This document shows positions 37,554 through 46,843 of a stretch of DNA of 64,000 nucleotides, piece after piece. This DNA is from Acidilobaceae archaeon (GTDB lineage Archaea; Thermoproteota; Thermoprotei_A; Sulfolobales; Acidilobaceae), in the NCBI GenBank assembly GCA_038897215.1, contig JAWAWX010000001.1:832001-896000 (forward strand), in the 5' to 3' direction. Under the pieces are notes generated by a model, which was given only the letters and a program-made list of their open reading frames with translations, did not search any database and was not told the origin of the DNA. The stretch's first letter is position 1, and every line of letters begins with the position of its first letter. Made by a program: the position numbers and the translations under genes.

Positions 37554-38531
37554 AACTCCCGGAGCGTACTCTAGAACTTCTCTGCAGTAGAGCTCCTCAA
37601 CTCTCCTACAGCACCTAGCTAGCCTCGAGTAGAGGTCTTCGAGAGCCTCTCTGCAAGACGCTGCTCTCACGTAAACGTGGACGATAGCGTCTCTTGCCGC
37701 GAGCCTGCACGCTTCTCCAACGAAGTATCTGGAGGCTGTGGGGTGGTCTAGGATCAGTCTGGTGAACACAGGCTTCAGTACGAGCGGAGCAAGTGAAGCA
37801 TCGAGCCTGAGAGGAGTCACTGAGCCTCTGAGAGCTCTCTTATTAGCGGCCACGTTCTTAGCGAGATAGTATACAGCTATCTCGTTCAAGTCCGAGGCTA
37901 CTACTCGAGCTGGCTTTAGGCTAGCTATGTGAATAGCGTAGCCCCCTACTCCAGCGAACATATCGAGCACGATGTCGTCGCCTGAGGATTCCTCAGCTAT
38001 CCTCCTGTGCTCTGTGGATAGCCTTGGGTTAAAGTAGACTCTAGCTATGTCTACGTGGAAGACGAGCCCGTACTCTCTATGCGCAGTCACTGTTCTATTC
38101 TCTCCAGCTAAGTGGACTAGCTTCTGGACTCTCAGCTCGCCCCAGGTCTCCGTCTTGAGGAAAGCCGCCTTCACTCTAGGCTGCTGTCTGAGCAACTCTC
38201 TCGCCGCTAGCTCGTACTCTTCTAGCTCAACACCCGACCTCCAGCTGAAGACAGCTATGTCTCCCACTAGGCTGAAGCTGGAGACCCTGGGTGAGACCTC
38301 CGAGAGAGGTCTCGGCTTCTGAGGAGCAGTCTCGAACTCTTCTTCAGCTAGCTCTGCCTCAACTCCAGCCTCGGCTAGAGCTCTGACTGCTCTCTCAGCG
38401 TCGAGGACTGGGATTACGATGAAGCCCTCTACCCTCTTGATCTTCAAGGAGGCGTTTATGACGTTCTCTCTCCTCAAGACCCCTATAGCTTTCTCAGCTA
38501 GCTCTCTTCTCACGCGAACTCCGAGAGTCAC
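37509..38531 (-). CDS. trm5: tRNA G37 methyltransferase Trm5/Taw2 family
   Basis: D1 domain, GDIA, HRE.G, VYFNPRL..E, DMFAGVG, DLN. Confidence 0.88.
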   Translation of the reverse strand: MTLGVRVRRELAEKAIGVLRRENVINASLKIKRVEGFIVIPVLDAERAVRALAEAGVEAELAEEEFETAPQKPRPLSEVSPRVSSFSLVGDIAVFSWRSGVELEEYELAARELLRQQPRVKAAFLKTETWGELRVQKLVHLAGENRTVTAHREYGLVFHVDIARVYFNPRLSTEHRRIAEESSGDDIVLDMFAGVGGYAIHIASLKPARVVASDLNEIAVYYLAKNVAANKRALRGSVTPLRLDASLAPLVLKPVFTRLILDHPTASRYFVGEACRLAARDAIVHVYVRAASCREALEDLYSRLARCCRRVEELYCREVLEYAPGVSVYNATFSASGLQA

Positions 38532-38534
38532 GAG

Positions 38535-40103
38535 CTATCTCACCAGCTCTCGCTGAAGCTCCTCCACCTCTAGCCAGAGTCTCTTCAAGTGTGCTCTAGT
38601 CTGCTCTGCTAGCTTGAGGGGGGTGATCGAGCTCCCGGCTGCTCCCCTGAGTCTATACAGGAGTCTCTCCTCGCCAGCAACCCACACCTCGATGGGGGGC
38701 TCTCCTTCTCTAAGCTCTCTCAGTATCCGAACGTAGCTTGAGACTTCAGGAAACCACTCTGCCTCTATGTCTGTCTCTTTCCTGCACCCGTAATCGTAGA
38801 GAACGGGTTTGAGGAATCTCTTGGCGAGCTCTGGGAAGAGTCTATCCCATCCGACTCTAGATGCTAGAGCTGAGAGAACGTAAGCAACTCTTCTCGCCTC
38901 TAGAGGGCCCTCGCTGAGAGCTGAGACCACGGCTTTCTCCAAGCTCGAGTAGTCAGGCTCATCGGAGGCTATCCTAACGGCTTCTACCACAGCTAGAGAG
39001 GCTTCCTCGAAGTCTACAGCGTTCTCGGAGTCTCTGGGCGTGTGATATATCCTCTTGAACTCCTTAGACCACATGCTGTGAAGAGATAGAGAGGGAGTTC
39101 CTAGAGACGCGAAAGAGAAGCTGTCTGTCTCAGGGCTCTCGCAACACCTCTCCGTCAGGATAGACTTGCTCACATACTGGGGAGCTCCGGATACTCTGAG
39201 AGGCTTGAAGCCTGCTGTATCGAAGTTCACGTATAGCTTCACGGTCTCGAGCAAACCCGAGACTGCTAGCTGCTCAGCGTAAAACCTGCTCCCCCAAGCC
39301 CAGTACCAGGACGCATAGCCTGGAGCCCCGTACTCCTCAGAGCCGAAGAGGAGTAGCCTGACTCTCAAGCCCTTCTCTGAGAGAAGCTTTGCTGCTACTA
39401 TTGCTTGAGCTATCCCCAAGACGTCATCTAGAGCACCCATAAACCATCTATCTATGTGAGCACCCACGAGGACTAAGTCGTCGCCCTCTCCCACCTCAGC
39501 CTCCACTATAGCGCTCCTAGACTCTCTGACTTCAGCCTCGACTTCTATGCTGACGCGCTCGCTCCACGTCCTGGAATAGTATCCCTCCTCTACTACGACT
39601 ACCGGGATATCGATAGGAGAGCCTGAAGTGTAGCTGAAGCCTTTGTAAGCGTTAACCACTATGACTCTAGGAGCGCTAGGAGACTCTACCATGAGCCCTA
39701 AGGCTCCCGCGCGAGCAGCATTAATAGCCGCTAGCTTCAAGTCGTCGGGATTCCCCGGTTCTCTAACTACAGCAATCCTCCCCTCAGGGAACCCTCTCCA
39801 AGTCTCTTCACACGAAGGGTCTCCCTCGAGCTTGAATAACGCTCCTTCAACCGACGAAGACACAATACCGGGAGATGCTACTACACTGTGAGGCTCTGGA
39901 GTGATGCTGAGAGACTTTAGGACCCACGAGTCGGAGGGGAAGAGTCTAATCTTAGCCATAGTCTTCAACGAGTCCTCGACAATCCCCGCTAGCCTTCGAG
40001 CCTCTGCTAGCTCTACGAATGAGCCTGAGGTGATGTTCTCTGGTCCGTAGACCTTCCAGAACAGCTCTCTAACAGCATCTCTCACCTCGGAGACCGCTGT
40101 CAC
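38535..40103 (-). CDS. M28 family peptidase with PA domain
   Basis: GAHID, GALDD, SEE.G, NFD, YHT. Confidence 0.85.
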   Translation of the reverse strand: MTAVSEVRDAVRELFWKVYGPENITSGSFVELAEARRLAGIVEDSLKTMAKIRLFPSDSWVLKSLSITPEPHSVVASPGIVSSSVEGALFKLEGDPSCEETWRGFPEGRIAVVREPGNPDDLKLAAINAARAGALGLMVESPSAPRVIVVNAYKGFSYTSGSPIDIPVVVVEEGYYSRTWSERVSIEVEAEVRESRSAIVEAEVGEGDDLVLVGAHIDRWFMGALDDVLGIAQAIVAAKLLSEKGLRVRLLLFGSEEYGAPGYASWYWAWGSRFYAEQLAVSGLLETVKLYVNFDTAGFKPLRVSGAPQYVSKSILTERCCESPETDSFSFASLGTPSLSLHSMWSKEFKRIYHTPRDSENAVDFEEASLAVVEAVRIASDEPDYSSLEKAVVSALSEGPLEARRVAYVLSALASRVGWDRLFPELAKRFLKPVLYDYGCRKETDIEAEWFPEVSSYVRILRELREGEPPIEVWVAGEERLLYRLRGAAGSSITPLKLAEQTRAHLKRLWLEVEELQRELVR

Positions 40104-40185
40104 ACCGAACCCCGAAAGTATCGAGTCTAGGCCTGCTAGCCCTTAAGGCTAGCCGTGGCTTCTCCTATGAAGGGAGTAGCTGGGA

Positions 40186-40869
40186 GTGTCTCTAGAGGAG
40201 CGTAGAAGAGTTCTCGTAGAGTTCCTGAAGATGGTGGGATTCATCAGAGACCCTGAGGTCGAGAGAGCAATCCTAGTAGTCCCCAGAGAGCTCTTCGTCC
40301 CCGAGCAGTTCAAAAGCTTAGCCTACGAGGATAGACCTCTCCCCATAGGCTTCGGTCAGACGATAAGCGCTCCGGGAGTCGTGGCTAGGATGACTGAACT
40401 ACTCAGACCTAGGAGAGGCCACAAGGTCTTAGAGGTCGGGACTGGCTCGGGCTATCAGGCAGCAGTGCTCGCTGAGCTAGTGAAACCTGAGGGTCACGTG
40501 TGGAGCATCGAGAGGATACCTGCTCTAGCTGAGAGGGCTAGAGAGAACCTAGCTAGAGCCGGCTACCTGGAGCACGTTACGGTAATTGTCGGCGATGGGA
40601 GTAAAGGTTATCCTGAAGCAGCTCCATACGATAGGATAATGGTGACCGCAGCGTGCCCCGATATCCCTAGACCTCTGCTAGAGCAACTGAAACCCGGGGG
40701 GAGACTCGTGGCTCCAGTAGGTGGCCCCGACATCCAGATACTAGTGGTGGTCGAGAAGGAGAGTGATGGAAGACTGAGTTATAGCTACGACATCGAGGTA
40801 ATCTTCGTCCCACTCATAGGAGAGTATGGGTGGAAGAGCGAGGATGAGTTCTACAGATCGGTTTCATGA
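40186..40869 (+). CDS. pcm: Protein-L-isoaspartate O-methyltransferase
   Basis: GQTISAP, LEVGTGSGY, APYDRI, FVPL. Confidence 0.97.
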   Translation: MSLEERRRVLVEFLKMVGFIRDPEVERAILVVPRELFVPEQFKSLAYEDRPLPIGFGQTISAPGVVARMTELLRPRRGHKVLEVGTGSGYQAAVLAELVKPEGHVWSIERIPALAERARENLARAGYLEHVTVIVGDGSKGYPEAAPYDRIMVTAACPDIPRPLLEQLKPGGRLVAPVGGPDIQILVVVEKESDGRLSYSYDIEVIFVPLIGEYGWKSEDEFYRSVS

Positions 40870-40967
40870 AGTGGTCTCCAGGACTTAAAGACTAGCAACC
40901 GGCAAGACGCTAGCTCTCGGAAAGAGCGATAAGCCTTACTCGGATCCAGGAGTCTACATAGGAGGCA

Positions 40968-41018
40968 GTGAAGAGTGTGGTGGACACCGAGAAGACGTGA
41001 GGACTAGGAGCCCTCGGA
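40968..41018 (+). ncRNA. Box C/D guide sRNA candidate
   Basis: C GTGAAGA, 12-nt guide, D' CCGA, C'-like GACGTGA, 14-nt guide, D-like CGGA; intergenic, 51 nt. Confidence 0.4.
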
Positions 41019-41090
41019 GCCTCCGTTAAAGCTCTAAAGGGCTTAAAAAGAGAGAGTGAGAGACGTGGACAAAGCGGGGGCCCGATTCCA

Positions 41091-42131
41091 GTGATTCCAG
41101 AAGCTGGCTCGAAGAGAGTGCTAGTGATAGCCGATTGGGATGCCGATGGCACTGTATCTGCCGCTATGATCGTGTATGCTCAAGAGAAGCTAGGAGTCTT
41201 CCCCGCTAGACAGAAGACAACCGTTAGCTTAGCCCCAAGCGGGCCTCGAGACTTGAGAGAAAAACTGCAAGGCTGCTGGGACTACATCGTAGTCCTAGAC
41301 ATACCGTGCACTCCAGAAGTCGAGGCTAGCCTAGCTGAGCTGAAGAGAGGCGGCTGCAACTCCACCATAATATACTTCGACCACCACGACTCAACTCTAG
41401 AGAGCAAGAGCAGGCTAGAGGGAGAGCTCGAAGCAATAGTCTTCTACGATAAGGGGCCTACTGCCATGATAGTCAGGAGTGTTCTCGAAAAACAGGGGAT
41501 AAAGCTCCCCCAGAGGCTGAGACTACTCTCAGAAGCTGTAGCCGCGATAGAGGGGAAGGCGAGAAACCCGAGAGACGTGGGGGAGAAGCTTATCAAGATA
41601 GCTCTAGGGATATCGAAGTACATGAATAAAGAGAAAGACTCCTCAGCCTGGTGTACTCTAGTCAAGAAGCTAGCCGACGTGATCCCCTTTGATGCTCTAG
41701 ACGCTGAGCTAGGAACGGAGATTCAGAGTCTTGTAGCTAGAACACTTGAGGTCTCGAGAGAGGCCGATGAGGAGATGAAAGCGGTAGCGATGGAGTTCGC
41801 TATGAGCGCTAAGAGAGTAGGCTACGTGAGACTCGTAGACGCTAGGAAGAAGTGGGAGGGGCGTGGAGCATCAGCTCTAGCCTCTGCGATCCACAAAACA
41901 GTAGGAGAACCCGTGGTTCTTCTCGTAGAGAAAGACGACGGGACTACTCTAGTAATAGCTAGGTCGTCGAGAGGAGAAGCTCGCAAGATAGTAGAGATGC
42001 TGGCTGATGCTGGAATAGTGGAAGACAAGGGAGGTCATGACAATATAGCGACGGGAAGACTCTCGGCAAACATCTCTCTGGAAGACTTTGAGGAAGCATT
42101 ACGTAGAATATCTCTACGCTTGAGGAGCTGA
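41091..42131 (+). CDS. DHH/DHHA1 phosphoesterase
   Basis: DWDADG, VLD, FDHH, GGH. Confidence 0.88.
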   Translation: MIPEAGSKRVLVIADWDADGTVSAAMIVYAQEKLGVFPARQKTTVSLAPSGPRDLREKLQGCWDYIVVLDIPCTPEVEASLAELKRGGCNSTIIYFDHHDSTLESKSRLEGELEAIVFYDKGPTAMIVRSVLEKQGIKLPQRLRLLSEAVAAIEGKARNPRDVGEKLIKIALGISKYMNKEKDSSAWCTLVKKLADVIPFDALDAELGTEIQSLVARTLEVSREADEEMKAVAMEFAMSAKRVGYVRLVDARKKWEGRGASALASAIHKTVGEPVVLLVEKDDGTTLVIARSSRGEARKIVEMLADAGIVEDKGGHDNIATGRLSANISLEDFEEALRRISLRLRS

Positions 42132-42132
42132 G

Positions 42133-43164
42133 ATGAGAGAAGAGCCTAGAGCAACATATCGAGCACTCCCGCCTGAAGCGGCTAAGAGCATAAACATCCC
42201 CTCGTACGAAGAGCTATTGAGAGAAGTGTCGTCGAGAATCCTCAAGACTAGAGATTGCTCTTCGAGACTCGAGACTGTATTCAATATGCTCTACTCGAGA
42301 ACAAGCGGAGTCGAGAGCCTGTATAGAGTCTACAAGACTATGCACTCATTCTACCTCGACTTACTGAGCACAGAGATAAGCCTCGAAGAGATAGAGAAGG
42401 CGTTCTCCTGCGTCTTCAAGGCTAGAAAACTCTCTAGGAGATTCTGGGATACGTACAGATACAGAGTCCTAGCCTCCTCGACTGCGAGAGAAGCCTGTCG
42501 AGAAGCCAGAGAAGGCGTTGGGAGAATGCTCTCGCTATTCAGGAGGTGTAGGAGAATGCTCCTCACTCTCAAGAACGCAGCTATCTACCTGAGCAAGCTG
42601 CCATCAGTAGACACGAGTGCACCCATAGTGATAATAGCGGGCGCTCCTAACGCGGGTAAATCGACTTTCGTGAGAGCAGTGTCTACGGGGAAGCCTGAGG
42701 TAGCAAGCTATCCCTTCACGACGAAGAACGTGACGCTAGGACATAGGGTAGTAGATGGGTTCAAGGTTCAGTTCATAGACACTCCAGGACTCCTAGATAG
42801 GCCTATCGAGGAGATGAATAAAATCGAGAGGAGAGCTGTAGCCGCTTTATCGAGGCTAACTGGGAGCGTGTTCTTTCTCTTCGACCCCAGCCCTGGAGCA
42901 TACTTGAGTCTAAGAGCTCAAAGAGACCTCTTCGTCAACGTGCTTAAGATGATTGAGAACAAGCCTGTCTTCATAGGGATAAACAAAGTCGATGAGGCGA
43001 CTCCAGCTCTTCTCGAGGAATCTAGGAGAATAGCGCTAGAGTTCGTTAAGTCCGGCGTGGCCATCAAGAGCTACGAGCTCTCCGCTATAGACAAGGAGGC
43101 AGCCGAGGCTGTAGCCGAAGACCTCTGTAGAGAGACTCTTAGACTCCTCGGCTTTCGACCCTGA
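42133..43164 (+). CDS. NOG1-family GTPase
   Basis: [28 protein letters not shown]. Confidence 0.93.
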   Translation: MREEPRATYRALPPEAAKSINIPSYEELLREVSSRILKTRDCSSRLETVFNMLYSRTSGVESLYRVYKTMHSFYLDLLSTEISLEEIEKAFSCVFKARKLSRRFWDTYRYRVLASSTAREACREAREGVGRMLSLFRRCRRMLLTLKNAAIYLSKLPSVDTSAPIVIIAGAPNAGKSTFVRAVSTGKPEVASYPFTTKNVTLGHRVVDGFKVQFIDTPGLLDRPIEEMNKIERRAVAALSRLTGSVFFLFDPSPGAYLSLRAQRDLFVNVLKMIENKPVFIGINKVDEATPALLEESRRIALEFVKSGVAIKSYELSAIDKEAAEAVAEDLCRETLRLLGFRP

Positions 43165-44203
43165 CCGTGAAGGGGCTACCGAGACCTCCCTCGATCACCT
43201 CGTATCTGTAGTTTTCGAGCATTAGCCTCAATAGCTCTAGTACTGTGTAGGCGTGCATAGTCAAGACTGCTCCTCTCACTACGCTAGCGCCCCCAGCTAG
43301 AGCTAGGTAGAGGGGGATCATGTCTGAAGCGTGCCTATCTAGAGCCGCTCCAGTACCTATGTCTTCTACTAGAGCTCTGGCCGCCTCCTCTCCCACAACC
43401 TCAGCCCTCTTTCCCGGAGCTCCGAGACTATCGGAGCCCATGACTGTCTCCTCGAAGAGAGCCCACGCTGTGACCCCGCTACCTGGGCCTAGATGGGGGT
43501 CTCTTGAGGGCTCGTAGCTCTCCACCTCTACTCTCGGCTTGACTCCGAGCGCTTTCTCGATGATGGAAGACGCGCTAGCCGCCTGTCTCTCGGCGACGTG
43601 AGCAGGTAGCTTGACCGCGTGGCTCCTCAGATAGACTCCTAGAAGCCTCCCTCTCTCGAGGAAGCTCCTGGACCTCAGCTTGGCTGGAGCTACGACCTCC
43701 AGCGTGACCACGCCTCCTCCTCTAGGATAGTGCCCTCTTCTCTCTACGGAGATAGCGATATCGGCACCGAGAGACTTCAGCAACCTCGACAAGACTTCTC
43801 TCATGTAGTCTATAGTCGGTGCTTTCGGGACATCAGTCCCACCTCTCACTCTGACTCTAGAGGGTCTCTCAGCGTAGAGGAGCACTGGGAGCAACGCTTG
43901 GAGGACTAGAGAGACGCTTCCAGCAGTGCCTATATCGAAGTCGAAATCCCCGCCTCTAACCTCACCGGGGTAGAACTCTATCACCGTGCTCCCTACTCTA
44001 TCGCCCTCTACTCTAGCGTTACAGAGTCTGGCTATCGCCTTGACCGCTGTCAAGTGTTGCGGGCGGAGCCCCGGGTTGTCTCTCTTGGCTCTTATATTGT
44101 ATATCCTGACGGGGGTCTTCGTGACAGCCGAGATAGCTAGAGCCGTCCTCAGTATCTGGCCGCCGCCCTCGCCCATGGAGCCGTCTATCTCAACGATTCT
44201 CAA
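43139..44203 (-). CDS. rtcA: RNA 3'-terminal phosphate cyclase
   Basis: [26 protein letters not shown], catalytic D.H..D. Confidence 0.96.
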   Translation of the reverse strand: MRIVEIDGSMGEGGGQILRTALAISAVTKTPVRIYNIRAKRDNPGLRPQHLTAVKAIARLCNARVEGDRVGSTVIEFYPGEVRGGDFDFDIGTAGSVSLVLQALLPVLLYAERPSRVRVRGGTDVPKAPTIDYMREVLSRLLKSLGADIAISVERRGHYPRGGGVVTLEVVAPAKLRSRSFLERGRLLGVYLRSHAVKLPAHVAERQAASASSIIEKALGVKPRVEVESYEPSRDPHLGPGSGVTAWALFEETVMGSDSLGAPGKRAEVVGEEAARALVEDIGTGAALDRHASDMIPLYLALAGGASVVRGAVLTMHAYTVLELLRLMLENYRYEVIEGGLGSPFTVRVESRGV

Positions 44204-44735
44204 TCCCGCTCAGCCTCCGCACTCTATCCGGGAAGCCTATCTCGAGAAGCTTCTCTCTTATAGACTCAGGGATGCACTCCATCCAGTTGCCTCCCTCTAG
44301 GATCTTCTCTCTTATCCTAGTCCCGTTACACTCCTCAGGCTTGTAGAATGGAGGCTTTATCGCAACTAACCCCATATCTTCGAAGAGCATTAAGACTAGC
44401 TCGTTGCCTGAGACAACGCCGTCAAAAGAGGGTAATAGCATCTTGAGGTACTGAACCCAGACTTTGTTCATAGCAATATCGGGGACTGGGACGATGTATA
44501 CTCTGGAGTAGTCATCCGGGCTCAGCTCTTTCGAGAGCGCTATCCTCAAGAGCTCTATCCTCTCGCCGGCAGTGAGAGGATTCTTCAGAGTGTAGGACTC
44601 TTGAGCTGAGCCAACGACCACGATGACCTCATCAGCTAGAGAGAGCGCGTGCTTAACCACCTCTAGATGGCCTCGATGAGGGGGCTGGAATCGCCCCGGT
44701 ACTAGTAGCCTCGAGTATCTCCTCTCTCGAGGCAA
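44190..44735 (-). CDS. nadM: Nicotinamide-nucleotide adenylyltransferase
   Basis: [25 protein letters not shown]. Confidence 0.95.
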   Translation of the reverse strand: MPRERRYSRLLVPGRFQPPHRGHLEVVKHALSLADEVIVVVGSAQESYTLKNPLTAGERIELLRIALSKELSPDDYSRVYIVPVPDIAMNKVWVQYLKMLLPSFDGVVSGNELVLMLFEDMGLVAIKPPFYKPEECNGTRIREKILEGGNWMECIPESIREKLLEIGFPDRVRRLSGIENR

Positions 44736-44810
44736 CCTCGCGCCCGAGCCTTCGTGGTGGTAGAGGGCTTCTTTTAAGCTCTAATAGCTGAGCTGAGTGG
44801 GGCTGAGGGG

Positions 44811-45389
44811 TTGAGGTCGGAGAGCATTACGCTAAGACTGGGCTTCCTCTTGATGCTACTAGCTCTGCTAGCTCTCCCAGTATATCTAGCTGTGAGAGCT
44901 TTCGAGGAGCTTCTCTCTCTTCTAGCGTTGACAACAATGATCGTGATGGCTCTACCTGGGCTGGGCTTGATAGCTATGAATTTACGGAGGCTAGAGCACA
45001 AGTCTAAGCTGTATCTGCTAGCGTGGCTCTGGGGGGTAGCTAGAGCCGTAGTAGCGGGGCTGGTAGCGGGGCTCGCTATTCTAGCTGTCTCAGTCGCTGG
45101 CGTCTTCGAGCTAAGCTATAGAGGAGTCTTGCTCGTAGCCTACGCTGTGTTCTACCTGTTTCTGCTACTCTCTATCCCCCGCTTGGTCAAGGTTTTCGCT
45201 AGAATCTCGAGAGTCTACGAGTCAAGGATGGCTTATCGAGCAGGCTGGGTCGCGATAGTAGTGATGGCTCTGATAGCGCTCTCGGCAGTGCCCGCTCTCG
45301 CTGGCTACGCTATAATGGCTTACCTCCTTCTAGCTCTAGCCTACGCTATCACAGTACTGCTCCTAGCCGCTCTCTCCTTCAAGCTCTGA
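44811..45389 (+). CDS. Hypothetical membrane protein (~6 TM)
   Basis: Hydrophobic ORF filling the gap; TATA-like TTTTAA upstream. Confidence 0.65.
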   Translation: MRSESITLRLGFLLMLLALLALPVYLAVRAFEELLSLLALTTMIVMALPGLGLIAMNLRRLEHKSKLYLLAWLWGVARAVVAGLVAGLAILAVSVAGVFELSYRGVLLVAYAVFYLFLLLSIPRLVKVFARISRVYESRMAYRAGWVAIVVMALIALSAVPALAGYAIMAYLLLALAYAITVLLLAALSFKL

Positions 45390-46743
45390 ACACTACAAGC
45401 TCTCCTCTACAGCCAGGATACCCGATGCACAATCTCCCCTCTAGGAGTAGTCTAGCCAAGTCTTCGGCCGCCTCGGGAGCCAGGATGCTCGCTATAGAGC
45501 GAGCCTCCGCTAGGTCTTGGAGTCCGCACGCTATGAATCCCGAGGATGTAGCCGAGCCTCTAGGAGCTAGTCTCTGAGCTCCCCAGGGGAGGTCGGAGAG
45601 CAGAATCACGAGGCTTCTAGCAAAGCGAGGAGCCTCGGAGACTATATCCTCTAGCCTCTCTCGCGGCACGAAACACTCGCTGGCATCTATCACGACCACC
45701 CTAGCCACGCCTCTCTCAGCGAGCTCTCTAGCTACGCTAAGAGCGTAGGCTACTCTAATCTCGACTGGATTCAGAGACCCCAAGTCTACGACTATGTCTC
45801 TCTCATCACGCCTCCTAGCCACAGCTTCTTCGAGAGCCTTCTCGATATCCGAGACCCTAGGTCCCTCTCTGCAGAGACTGAGGATTGCTCGAGAGCCGGG
45901 CATTACTCTCTCTAGCGCGACAGCTCTAGCCAGACTCCCGTAGCCCCAGAGAATCCACGGCTCTGAGAGCTTCAGAGTAGCTCTCGACCTCTCTGTGCAA
46001 GCCAGAACTCTCGATGCTCCGCTATGGTATGGTATTAGTCCTCTCGAAGTGCTGACTCTAGCCTCTATTGCGATAAGCTCTCCTACGAAGACCCCCTCGC
46101 AGGAGTCTACGCGTAGCGGTTTTAGAGAAAGCCGCGTGCTCGTGATAGCCAGCCCTAGCGGGCCTAGAGCAGAGACTACTCCTAGAGTCAGAGACTCCGC
46201 TAGAGAGCTAGAGGACGCTGAAGCGAGCAGAGCCGAAGCCGCTACTGCGAGAGAGTAGACAGCATCCTCCCAGGGCTCTAGACTCCACTCTAGGAGAGTC
46301 CGCGAGAGGTAGAATGTGAGAGCCGCCGAAGCCAGAGCTGTAGGCGACCACTTCGAGATATCGAGTGTCAGAGTGTCGAGAAGAGGCTCGTGAGAGAATC
46401 TCCTAAGCCTAGACACAGCCCAGAGCGTGCTCGCTGAGAGTAGAGCTAGGAGAGCGAAGACTGCTAGAGAGAGGTCCATCAAGACTAGAGAGAATACGAG
46501 GAAACTAGTCGAGGCTACAATGCTACCCGTTAGGAGAAGAAGAGCTAGAGAGGCAGCAAAGGCTAGAATGTAGCAGACGATAGGAGAAGCCTCTAGAGCA
46601 ATACCCGGAACTACTCTAACCCAAAGCTCGAGAGTAGAGAGAACAATGAGAGCTGAGGTAGCGGCGAGTAGCAGTATCAGCGATAAAGCTAGTCTAGGCG
46701 CGTGACTACACGGCTCTCGCAACAAGCCACGCCTACCACCCAT
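45379..46743 (-). CDS. Membrane protein with C-terminal degenerate P-loop (HerA/VirB4-like) domain
   Basis: About 7 N-terminal TM helices, then ILWGYGSLAR, IVVDLG.L, VVVIDAS, SEAPRFARSLVIL. Start ATG 46743 (the ORF track starts at 46827). Confidence 0.55.
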   Translation of the reverse strand: MGGRRGLLREPCSHAPRLALSLILLLAATSALIVLSTLELWVRVVPGIALEASPIVCYILAFAASLALLLLTGSIVASTSFLVFSLVLMDLSLAVFALLALLSASTLWAVSRLRRFSHEPLLDTLTLDISKWSPTALASAALTFYLSRTLLEWSLEPWEDAVYSLAVAASALLASASSSSLAESLTLGVVSALGPLGLAITSTRLSLKPLRVDSCEGVFVGELIAIEARVSTSRGLIPYHSGASRVLACTERSRATLKLSEPWILWGYGSLARAVALERVMPGSRAILSLCREGPRVSDIEKALEEAVARRRDERDIVVDLGSLNPVEIRVAYALSVARELAERGVARVVVIDASECFVPRERLEDIVSEAPRFARSLVILLSDLPWGAQRLAPRGSATSSGFIACGLQDLAEARSIASILAPEAAEDLARLLLEGRLCIGYPGCRGELVVFRA

Positions 46744-46843
46744 AGAGGCTATCCTAGAGCACAAAAAAGATAGCAGTATACTTAAGGCGCTAGAACAGCT
46801 TCTAGAACCGCCGCGGGGTAGAACCACAGGGGAATCGAAGTCT

